Below the pieces are notes generated by a model. That model saw only the letters and a program-made list of their open reading frames with translations, had not been told where the DNA came from and did not search any database. A stretch of DNA of 64,000 nt from Candidatus Edwardsbacteria bacterium RifOxyA12_full_54_48. Lineage in GTDB: Bacteria; Edwardsbacteria; AC1; EtOH8. How positions within the stretch are numbered: position 1 is the first letter of the stretch; every line of letters starts with the position of its first letter. The position numbers and the translations under genes were made by a program. Of this stretch, positions 20,174-27,975 are shown one piece after another. The stretch is taken from contig MFFN01000009.1 of assembly GCA_001777915.1 (NCBI GenBank), positions 2,783 through 66,782 of the forward strand. The letters run 5' to 3'.

Positions 20174-20692
20174 ATGACTAAGATATTGAAATCTATATTT
20201 GTAATAACATTTTTTTTAGTATGCTTTAATTTATTTTTGTTTACTGTTTTAATGATAATGCCACAATTATTTTTTACAACATCAGTGTTGGTATATGCAA
20301 GAATTATTTGTGCAGTTATTTGCACCGTTTTATCATTGTATTTAGTGGTAAAATATATTAAAAAAGAGATAAAAACCACTAATTGGTTCAGATTAAATTT
20401 CAGAGATAAAATTATTGTTTTTTGTTGCGTGTATTTTGTTTTTTCGGCTTTGTTGCATCCATTAACTATTACTATCGTTACTTTTGTAAAACAACCAATT
20501 GATAAAGTTGTTTTTGATTTTATCGATTTGATATTCTTGCGTATTATAAAATTTCCAGGTTATTATATTACTGCTATCAAACCATCACGTTATATTTATC
20601 AAGGCTTAGGCCAAATAGTAACAACAATATTTTGGACATTTATATATGCACTGTATGTTTATATAAATGGAAGAAAGAAAATTGTTAAATAA
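20174..20692 (+). CDS. Putative immunity protein 2 (polytopic membrane protein)
   Basis: AAGGAG RBS; 172 aa with about 5 hydrophobic segments; directly downstream of orphan tip 2. Confidence 0.55.
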   Translation: MTKILKSIFVITFFLVCFNLFLFTVLMIMPQLFFTTSVLVYARIICAVICTVLSLYLVVKYIKKEIKTTNWFRLNFRDKIIVFCCVYFVFSALLHPLTITIVTFVKQPIDKVVFDFIDLIFLRIIKFPGYYITAIKPSRYIYQGLGQIVTTIFWTFIYALYVYINGRKKIVK

Positions 20693-20710
20693 TTATAAGC
20701 CCCACAAAAT

Positions 20711-21535
20711 GTGGGGCTTTATTACAAAGGCGATGGGGTGCGCTTGGCCAAGAGCACCAATGCCGATGTTGAGAAGCGATATGTGGTTGACGGCATGAAC
20801 ACGGTGGTGGAGCAGGATGCCGGCGGGTATTTGCGGTATAAATATGTGTATGCCAACGGAATGCTTTTGGCCAGGGTAGACAGCCTCGGAAGAAAATTCT
20901 GCTACCACCACGATGCCCTGGGAAGCACCATTGGTATAAGCGATAGCAATTACGCTGTTTACAAGAGTTACCTCTATGATGAGTTTGGCGACAGCCTGGG
21001 GGCCTGGGGTTCTACCCCTTATAATGCTTATAGGTACACCGGGCAGGAGTATGATGGAAAGCCTGCATATGCTTACAACCTGCGGGCTAGGGAGTATTAC
21101 CCCAAGCTGGGCCGTTTCATGCAGAATGATCCGATAGGGGACCAGGGCGGGAGCTTAAACTGGTATTTGTACGTGGCAAATAATCCGATTAATGCCACGG
21201 ACCCGACGGGATTGTTCGCGTGGTATATGCGGTATGGCCATTATTGTGGCAAAGGACAAGATGCTGGCCGACCTACGCCGATTGATGCACTTGATGCTGC
21301 TTGCCAAGCACATGATGACTGTTATGGCAAACTTAATCTTGCTGGGATTGTGGGTGCTTTAGATCCATTCTTGCAGAGTGAGCGAGCATGTGGGAGAGAT
21401 AAATGCGATAAAGCACTGTGTGAAGCTGCTAAGAACTTCAAGATACCTTATACCGATGCTGCCGGAATGATGGCGGCGAGAAATGCACGTGGTCTTATAA
21501 TCCTAAAATTCTGTAGCGGTACTTCTGTCCAATAA
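20711..21535 (+). CDS. Orphan RHS C-terminal cassette 3: ~168 aa of RHS core plus a phospholipase-A2-like tip
   Basis: It aligns with main-gene residues from LYYNGDG to DPxGL (ends at 21214). The tip contains YGHYCGKGQDAG and DALDAACQAHDDCYG. The only in-frame start is a GTG inside a hairpin, with no RBS. Confidence 0.65.
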   Translation: MGLYYKGDGVRLAKSTNADVEKRYVVDGMNTVVEQDAGGYLRYKYVYANGMLLARVDSLGRKFCYHHDALGSTIGISDSNYAVYKSYLYDEFGDSLGAWGSTPYNAYRYTGQEYDGKPAYAYNLRAREYYPKLGRFMQNDPIGDQGGSLNWYLYVANNPINATDPTGLFAWYMRYGHYCGKGQDAGRPTPIDALDAACQAHDDCYGKLNLAGIVGALDPFLQSERACGRDKCDKALCEAAKNFKIPYTDAAGMMAARNARGLIILKFCSGTSVQ

Positions 21536-21556
21536 TTTAGTTAAGAGGAAACGAAA

Positions 21557-21919
21557 ATGAAAAATATAAAGAATGTGATTTTAACTATCGGTATCATCTT
21601 TGGCATAGTATATTTCAAGGATGTACCAAAGGCAATATTTACAATGGGGAATAATATACAGTTTTGGGAATATATATTTTTTATCACCGGGCCGGTAGCG
21701 ACTTTACCCATAGCAGTAGTAGGTTGCTTTCATTATAGACTCAGTGGATATATATTATTGATGTGTTCGGTGATAACGTGTATATCCATCATATTTTGTA
21801 AAAACCAGGAACATAAACTGTGGTTAATACTATATTTTAGTCTGCCAGTACTAATTATGAGTATAGCAATTATTATAACAAGTAGATGGAACGTAAAGCC
21901 GGTAGCAACGCAAACGTAA
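21557..21919 (+). CDS. Putative immunity protein 3 (polytopic membrane protein)
   Basis: AAGAGGA RBS; 120 aa with 4 hydrophobic helices; directly after the PLA2-like tip. Confidence 0.55.
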   Translation: MKNIKNVILTIGIIFGIVYFKDVPKAIFTMGNNIQFWEYIFFITGPVATLPIAVVGCFHYRLSGYILLMCSVITCISIIFCKNQEHKLWLILYFSLPVLIMSIAIIITSRWNVKPVATQT

Positions 21920-21936
21920 AGTAAAATAAAATAAAG

Positions 21937-21965
21937 AAGCCCCGCCGTATGGCGGGGCTTTTTAT
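21937..21965 (+). terminator. Intrinsic terminator ending the RHS cassette array
   Basis: AAGCCCCGCC-GTAT-GGCGGGGCTT followed by TTTATT. Confidence 0.75.
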
Positions 21966-22029
21966 TGGTGTTCGTAAAGCCTGGCTTAATGCCGGGCTTT
22001 TTCCCTTCGATAGAACTCAGGGCATGCTT

Positions 22030-22413
22030 TTAACGGCCGTTTGCCGTCTTTAACTGCTGTGGCGGCTTACGGAGCTTTTCCCGTTCGAGGTAGGTATCCA
22101 ATAGCTGGACTATCTGCTTGCGTTCCTTGGCAGGCAGCTTCTCCAATTGGCTTAAACGGCGGTAAAGCCTGTTGTCTTTGGTCTTGGGCGCCGCTTTCAA
22201 TTTATCCAAGCCCATCAATTGGTCTACGGTCACGTCCAGGGCTTTAGAAATCTTGGGCAGCAGGTGGGCCGGTATGTGCTTGGTCTGCTTCTCGTAGTAG
22301 GCGATCACCAGTTGTGGTATGCCGGTCTCGGCCTGCAGGTCCCGCTGTGAATACCCGGCTTCCCGGCGCAGGGTGATTTTCACCTTGCGCCTTTTTGTTT
22401 TTTCGGGTATCAT
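22030..22413 (-). CDS. XRE-family helix-turn-helix transcriptional regulator
   Basis: ITLRREAGYSQRDLQAETGIPQLVIAYYEKQTKHIPAHLLPKISKALDVTVDQLMG is a classic Cro/C1-type HTH. The start is uncertain: TTG 22437, ATG 22413, or the GTG inside repeat copy C. Confidence 0.75.
   Translation of the reverse strand: MIPEKTKRRKVKITLRREAGYSQRDLQAETGIPQLVIAYYEKQTKHIPAHLLPKISKALDVTVDQLMGLDKLKAAPKTKDNRLYRRLSQLEKLPAKERKQIVQLLDTYLEREKLRKPPQQLKTANGR
22366..22403 (+). repeat. Third copy (C) of the rplQ terminator hairpin, overlapping the 5' end of the XRE gene
   Basis: GCGCAGGGTGATTTTCACCTTGCGCC followed by TTTTTGTTTTTT; the hairpin is identical to copy A. Confidence 0.8.
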
Positions 22414-22423
22414 TAACCACAAT

Positions 22424-23542
22424 ATGATAAAAACCAACCTTCATATATCGCTGATATCCGGGCTTTTCCTGCTTCTGTTGGCAGTACCCGTATTTGCCCA
22501 GGTCAAGGGCATGTGGGTGGTGCGCTATTCGCTGACCTCGCCCCAGAACGTCAAGAAGATCGTGGCCCAGGCCCACCAGGCCGGGGTCAACAACCTGTTC
22601 GTCCAGTTCTACGCCCGGGGCGAGGCCTATTACGATTCCAAGCTGGCGCCTACCGCCGACTGCGTGACCAGGAATTTCGACCCGCTGGCCCTGATGGTCA
22701 AGGAGTGCAAGGCCAGGGGGATCAAGATCCACGCCTGGATCAATGTCTATTTCGTCTGGTCGTCGGACCGCAGGCCGCGGGACGGCCGCCATGCCTATTA
22801 CCAGGATGACGGCTGGTTCGCCGCCGACCCCCAGGGCCGGAGTTTAAAGGATTACTCCCAGAAGGAGCTGGGTCAGAGAAACCTGGAGGGGGTCTACCTT
22901 TCGCCCTCCAGCCCGGAGGTGAAGACCTATCTGCGGGAGCTGGTGAGGGAGATCCTTTTCAAATACGACGTGGACGGCATCCACCTGGATTATGTCCGGT
23001 ACGGAAGCATCAATTATTCCTACGACGTCTCCAGCCGCACCAGCTTCTACAACCAGTACAAGGTCGATCCCTTCGCCCTGCTGGAGGGGAACCGGGCCCT
23101 GGAGCCGTATTGGGCCACCTGGCAGCAGTGGCGGATGTACCAGATATCCGACCTGGTGGCCCAGCTGAAGTTGGACATCATGAAATTCAACCCCTGGGTC
23201 CAGCTGTCGGCGGCGGTCAAGCCCGACCCCGACGAGGCCCGGCTGTCGTTCGGCCAGGACTGGCCGGCCTGGCTGGAGAACCGCTGGGCCGATTTCGTGG
23301 TGCTGATGGACTATTCGTCCAATACCGGCACCGTGGTGCGGCTGGCCCGGAAGGCCGTAGCCTACAAGGGGCAGGGCCAGGTCTATGTGGGGCTGGGGGC
23401 CTGGCGGGACAGCATGGACGGGCTGATGGAGAAGATCCGGGCCCTGCGCAAGGCAGGGATCAACGATATCGTCCTTTTTTCCTATGACGGGCTGGCCCAG
23501 CGCAAGATAAGTTTCGAGATGCTGAAACACCGGGGATTCTAG
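22424..23542 (+). CDS. Glycoside-hydrolase-like GHL10 (DUF187/YngK-type) secreted or lipoprotein
   Basis: MIKTNLHISLISGLFLLLLAVPVFAQ signal peptide, then VKGMWVVRYSLTSPQNVKKIV...NNLFVQFYARGEAYYDSKLAP...DGIHLDYVRY. Confidence 0.65.
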   Translation: MIKTNLHISLISGLFLLLLAVPVFAQVKGMWVVRYSLTSPQNVKKIVAQAHQAGVNNLFVQFYARGEAYYDSKLAPTADCVTRNFDPLALMVKECKARGIKIHAWINVYFVWSSDRRPRDGRHAYYQDDGWFAADPQGRSLKDYSQKELGQRNLEGVYLSPSSPEVKTYLRELVREILFKYDVDGIHLDYVRYGSINYSYDVSSRTSFYNQYKVDPFALLEGNRALEPYWATWQQWRMYQISDLVAQLKLDIMKFNPWVQLSAAVKPDPDEARLSFGQDWPAWLENRWADFVVLMDYSSNTGTVVRLARKAVAYKGQGQVYVGLGAWRDSMDGLMEKIRALRKAGINDIVLFSYDGLAQRKISFEMLKHRGF

Positions 23543-23560
23543 ATTTTGATTGAATTGACC

Positions 23561-23590
23561 GCCTGTCGTCATAAACGGCAGGCTTTTTAT
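23561..23590 (+). terminator. Intrinsic terminator
   Basis: GCCTGTCG-TCATAAA-CGGCAGGC followed by TTTTT. Confidence 0.6.
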
Positions 23591-23597
23591 TTATATC

Positions 23598-23626
23598 TTG
23601 CATTTATTCAACCCTGAGAGTAAAAT
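23598..23626 (+). promoter_or_regulatory. Sigma-70-type promoter, possibly giving a leaderless mRNA
   Basis: TTGCAT, a 17-nt spacer, then TAAAAT. The -10 ends 6 nt before the ATG at 23633 and there is no SD sequence. Confidence 0.4.
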
Positions 23627-23632
23627 TACATC

Positions 23633-24289
23633 ATGAAAAGAATCTTTGTCATCATAGCTCTGATTGTCCTCTTTGCCGGATTTAACGCCTGCCTGGCCGG
23701 GGGGATAGACATCGCCCGGCTCAAATACGGCGGGGGCGGGGACTGGTACAACGACCCCGATGAGGAGACCAATCTGCTCAAGGAATTCTCCGCCCGGACC
23801 GGACAGGAGGTCAATCCTGAAAAATTCAATATCTCAGCTGATGACGACCAGTTGTTCTCCCATCCTTTTTTGTTCATCACCGGACACGGCGGGATAAAAT
23901 TCACCGAACGGGAGGTCAAAAGGCTCCGACGATATATCGAATCAGGGGGATTCATCTATGCCGACGACGATTATGGTATGGACACCACCTTCCGGAGGGA
24001 GATCAAACGTATCCTGCCGGAATGTTCTTTGCAGGAACTGCCCTTCACCCATCCCATCTACAACTGCTATTACGACTTCAGCGGCGGCCTGCCCAAGATC
24101 CACGAGCACGAGAAGGGCCGCCCGGTGGGTTATGGCATATATTTTCAGGAGCGGCTGGTGCTGTTCTACAGTTTCAATACCAATATCTCGGACGGCTGGA
24201 CCAATGCCCATAACGACCCGCCGGAGGTGCGGGAGCAGGCCATCAGGATGGGGATAAACATCCTGTGGTATGCCGTTACCAATCCGTAG
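23633..24289 (+). CDS. DUF4159-domain protein (Bat/aerotolerance-neighbourhood family)
   Basis: Signal peptide, then ARLKYGGGGDWYNDPDEETNLL...HPFLFITGHG...GGFIYADDDYG. Confidence 0.6.
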   Translation: MKRIFVIIALIVLFAGFNACLAGGIDIARLKYGGGGDWYNDPDEETNLLKEFSARTGQEVNPEKFNISADDDQLFSHPFLFITGHGGIKFTEREVKRLRRYIESGGFIYADDDYGMDTTFRREIKRILPECSLQELPFTHPIYNCYYDFSGGLPKIHEHEKGRPVGYGIYFQERLVLFYSFNTNISDGWTNAHNDPPEVREQAIRMGINILWYAVTNP

Positions 24290-24300
24290 GGATTCAACCG

Positions 24301-24397
24301 ACCTAACCCTTAAACCGTCCCCTCCTTGACCAAGGAGAGCCTGCACTGAGCCGTACAGGTTATTTTTAGCTAGCGAAGTGGGATAAAGGGGTGGTCA
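24301..24397. repeat. Palindromic element, family 2, degenerate
   Basis: ACCTAACCCTTAAACCGTCCCCTCCTTGACC...GAAGTGGGATAAAGGGGTGGTCAG has the same arm design as 63619-63709. Confidence 0.45.
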
Positions 24398-24620
24398 GAT
24401 GGATGTATAGTTTTATAATTATTAATGGGGTCAGTATATAAGTAACATTTTTATTAGGAATCCATGAAACCATGAACACTTAACTGTAAAAACCCTATCG
24501 ATTCCTGCGTTCCTGGCTTCCTTATAGAATAAATCCATTTGTCTTCGGCCGTTATGCAATTAATTAAGTGCTCTGGTTAATAAAACAATATTTTGCTATA
24601 TTAGTATATTTAAACACCGT

Positions 24621-24676
24621 GGTCATGCCCTAGGCAGGGGTACAAAGCCTGGATTCCTTCCTTCGAAGGAATGACA
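24621..24676. repeat. REP-like double-hairpin element, family 1 (GTCAT..CC / GGAATGAC type)
   Basis: GGTCATGCCC...TGGATTCCTTC-CTTC-GAAGGAATGACA shares its architecture and end motifs with 36226-36304 and 45035-45091. Confidence 0.6.
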
Positions 24677-24705
24677 GGCGATGCTATTAATTGACGCAGT
24701 ATAAA

Positions 24706-27700
24706 ATGGATCAAAAAAGGGATAACATAACTTTAAAAACAGCCCTTCAGGGTATTCACCGGAGGCAGCGGTTTGTAAGCACGATAAATATATTGATTGT
24801 TTCATTATATATCGGCTTAGGCTGGCTGTTGCTGCTCCACCTGGCCGACGGGATATTCATGCTTCCATCATATATCAGACAGGCCTCGTCTTACGTGACC
24901 CTTGCCGCCTTGCCGGGATTGGCCATATATCTTCTGATAACATCTCTGCGGCAGCCCGATCACCGGAAGACAGCAGCCAATATCGAAAACGTCCTGCCGG
25001 AGCTTAAACAGGAGATATCCACTGCGGTTCAGTTCGGGCTGGGTGAGGAAAGCCGGGAAAATTATTCCCGACAGTTGATAGCCGATCTCATCCAGAGGGC
25101 GGAGGAGAAGCTGAAAGTGATCCGGGGCGGAAGCTTTTTACCGGTAAGGGCATTGCCTTTCGGCAAGCTTGCGGTATATATTTTAATTTCGCTTACGCTC
25201 ATCAGCCTGATCAAACCGGCGGAGCTTGGCATCAGCCTGGAGCGATTTATTCATCCCGATGGGGTCATTGGCAATTGGGAGGGGATCGAAATAAACCCCG
25301 GAGATGCCCGGGTGGCCAGGGGAAGCGAAATAAGGGTCGACGTCGCCAATCCGGGTCGAACATCGGGCAGGATAGAGTGGCGGGGAGCCGCCAACGGCTC
25401 GGCTCCCATGACAATCACCAATGGTAAGCTGGAGGCCGGGATAAAAGCGATCGACTCTTCACTTGCCTACCGCATAGTGCTGGGGCGCCGGCAGAGCCGG
25501 TTTTACCGGATAGACTGCTACACTCCGCTGCTGCTGTCGGACATCAGGATCAAGATAACACCCCCCAGATACACCGGCTTTCAGATCCGGCAGACGGAGA
25601 ACCAGGGGGATATCACCGCCATCAGGGGTTCCCGGGTGTATATAAGTGCCGTTTCCACCTTGCCGCTGGAGGAGGCCGGGCTGACCTTTGACCGGAGCGG
25701 ACAGAAGGATGTGGCGATAACCGAAGGCCGGCAGTTGTCGGCAAGCTTTTATGTCGGCAAAGACGAAAATTACCGCCTATGGGGCCGCACCACCCAGGGT
25801 GACACCTTTGTCAACCCGGCGGAATATAGAATAACCTGCCTGGAGGACGAGCCGCCGGTGATCGAGATCACCTCCCCGGAGGGCGAGGTCCTGCTGGGCG
25901 AGGACATGAAGGTGTCATTAACGGGTTTGGCCAGCGACGATCTCGGCCTCTCGGCCGTAAGGTTGGGCTATATCAGCCGCGATCGGGAACAACGCCAGGA
26001 TATCAACCGCTGGCAGAAATGCCTGGCGGCCGCCGCGGTGGAATATGTCTGGGAGGTCGGGCGGCTGGATGTCCTGCCGGGCGATTCGGTGGCCTACTGG
26101 CTGGAGGCCCTGGACAACGATGCGGTATCCGGGCCCAAGACCGGACGCAGCCGGGTTCAGATGATAAGGGTTCCCACCATCGAGGACATCTACCGGTCGC
26201 TGGCCACGGCCGACTCTGCGGCCATTGAGGAGATCGGAAGGGCCGAGCAGGCCCGCAGCCAATTGAACCAGGAGATCGACAAACTGGCCCAAAGCCTGAA
26301 GGAATCCAGGAAGATCGACTGGCAGCAGCAGGCGGCGGCCGAACAGGTGCTGAAAAAACAGCAGGAGCTGGCGGATCGGCTGGAGAAGGCCATGGAACAG
26401 GCGTCCGAAGATCTGGCCCAGCGGGAGAACAAGTGGAGCTTCGATCAGGAAACCATGGAGAAGCTGGCCCAGCTGAGGGAGCTGTTCGACCAGGTGGCTA
26501 CCGATAAAATGCGGCAGGATATGGAACGGCTGAGACAGGCCCTGGACAAGCTGGACAAGCAGGAGGTCAGCCGGGCCCTGGACAATCTGAAACTGTCACA
26601 AGAGGACTTCAATCGTCAGCTGGACCAGACCATGGAGCTTTTGAAGGAGCTGCAGCGGGAACGGCAGATGGAGAAGCTGGACCGCCAGCTGCAGGATCTG
26701 ACCCAACGGCAGAAGGACCTGAAGGATAGGACCGAGGAGCGCCCGGATCATGATCAAAACCAAAGGTTGTCGGCCCAGCAGAAAGGGCTGGCGGAGGACC
26801 TCAAGAAGATCTCAGGCGAAATGCAGGAGCTGGCCAGGGAGCTCAAGGAGCCCAACCGGGAGGCCTCACAGAAGCTGAGCGAAAGCGCCGATCGCCTGCA
26901 GCAGAAACAGACCGGCCGAAAAATGGAGAAAGCCTCGCAATCGCTGTCCCAGAATGAAAATTCACAGGCGGCCGACCTGCAGAAACAGGTGCTGTCGGAG
27001 CTATCGATGGTCTCCTCCGGCATGCAGAGCGCCCGCAGCAGCATGCGGCAGGCCAAAAATAAGGCGGCGGCCAAAGCCGTCCGGCAAAGGGCCCGGGACC
27101 TGCTGGACCTTTCCCGCCAGCAGGAAAGCCTGAACCAGATCGGAACCGATGCGGCGGCCGACCGGAACGATCTGGCCAACCAGCAGCAGATAATCCGGCG
27201 CCAGGCCGAACGGATCAGACAGGAGCTGGACAACATGGCCCGGAATAACATGCTGCTGTCACCCCGTTCCCAGCAGATGATGCAGGAGGCCTCCAGACAG
27301 ATGGACCAAGCCGCCCAGGCCCATTCGGAGGGACGCGGGGACCAGGCCCAAAAGGGCGGCCAGAAGGCCCTGGCCGCGCTCAACGGGGCCGCCATCAGCC
27401 TGATGGAATCATCCAGCGGCCAGGGCGGGGGCTCCGGCGACATGATGCAGGACCTGGCCGGCCTCTCCGGCCAGCAGCAATCGATCAATGAAGGAACCAG
27501 CTCAACGCTGCCCCTGCCCCAGGAGGGCGGCGGACAGATGTCGCAGCAGGCCCGTAGCCAGATGTCAAGGCTGGCCGCCCGGCAGGAGGCGGTCCGGCAG
27601 GGCATGGAGGAGTTCAACCAAAAATACGGCGGCCGGCGGGATAAAACCGGGAGAATGGATGATCTGGTGGAGGAGATGAAACAGGTGATAGAGGACCTCA

Positions 27701-27975
27701 AAAAACAGCAGGTCAGCCGGCAGACCATCGAGAGGCAAGAGAAGATCCTGACCCGGATGCTGGACGCCCAGCAGTCCCTGAAGGAGAGGGATTTCTCCAA
27801 GCAGCGCCAGGCCGAAAGCGGCCGCCTGCCGGAGAACGGCTATCTCCCGCCCAGGACGGATAAAGGGAAATGGACCCCGCAGGGGCTGCCGGCCTGGAAG
27901 AACTGGCGGCAGGAGTATTACCCCCTGGAATATAAAGAGATATTGGAGGAGTACTTCAGATCGCTGGGACAATGA
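24706..27975 (+). CDS. Large membrane-anchored coiled-coil protein, DUF4175-like
   Basis: N-terminal TM helices and a long Q/E/R/L-rich coiled-coil region. The C-terminus ...ILTRMLDAQQSLKERDFS...EYKEILEEYFRSLGQ sits next to the DUF4159 gene. The track ORF starts at TTG 24691. Confidence 0.45.
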   Translation: MDQKRDNITLKTALQGIHRRQRFVSTINILIVSLYIGLGWLLLLHLADGIFMLPSYIRQASSYVTLAALPGLAIYLLITSLRQPDHRKTAANIENVLPELKQEISTAVQFGLGEESRENYSRQLIADLIQRAEEKLKVIRGGSFLPVRALPFGKLAVYILISLTLISLIKPAELGISLERFIHPDGVIGNWEGIEINPGDARVARGSEIRVDVANPGRTSGRIEWRGAANGSAPMTITNGKLEAGIKAIDSSLAYRIVLGRRQSRFYRIDCYTPLLLSDIRIKITPPRYTGFQIRQTENQGDITAIRGSRVYISAVSTLPLEEAGLTFDRSGQKDVAITEGRQLSASFYVGKDENYRLWGRTTQGDTFVNPAEYRITCLEDEPPVIEITSPEGEVLLGEDMKVSLTGLASDDLGLSAVRLGYISRDREQRQDINRWQKCLAAAAVEYVWEVGRLDVLPGDSVAYWLEALDNDAVSGPKTGRSRVQMIRVPTIEDIYRSLATADSAAIEEIGRAEQARSQLNQEIDKLAQSLKESRKIDWQQQAAAEQVLKKQQELADRLEKAMEQASEDLAQRENKWSFDQETMEKLAQLRELFDQVATDKMRQDMERLRQALDKLDKQEVSRALDNLKLSQEDFNRQLDQTMELLKELQRERQMEKLDRQLQDLTQRQKDLKDRTEERPDHDQNQRLSAQQKGLAEDLKKISGEMQELARELKEPNREASQKLSESADRLQQKQTGRKMEKASQSLSQNENSQAADLQKQVLSELSMVSSGMQSARSSMRQAKNKAAAKAVRQRARDLLDLSRQQESLNQIGTDAAADRNDLANQQQIIRRQAERIRQELDNMARNNMLLSPRSQQMMQEASRQMDQAAQAHSEGRGDQAQKGGQKALAALNGAAISLMESSSGQGGGSGDMMQDLAGLSGQQQSINEGTSSTLPLPQEGGGQMSQQARSQMSRLAARQEAVRQGMEEFNQKYGGRRDKTGRMDDLVEEMKQVIEDLKKQQVSRQTIERQEKILTRMLDAQQSLKERDFSKQRQAESGRLPENGYLPPRTDKGKWTPQGLPAWKNWRQEYYPLEYKEILEEYFRSLGQ

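Larger units (their letters stand above)
13925..22365. mobile_element. Putative integrated AT-rich genomic island (RHS toxin island); no integrase detected
   Basis: The segment is bounded by direct repeat copies B and C. Its composition is visibly lower in GC than the flanks, and its cargo is accessory (polymorphic toxins, XRE regulator). Confidence 0.4.

Noticed and set aside
13925-22365. Integrase, transposase or T6SS (PAAR/VgrG) genes that would explain island mobility or RHS delivery
   Set aside because: I looked through all six frames of the island. Only the helical 116-aa ORF, the RHS modules, the membrane immunity candidates and the XRE regulator are plausible genes. None has recombinase, DDE or PAAR motifs.
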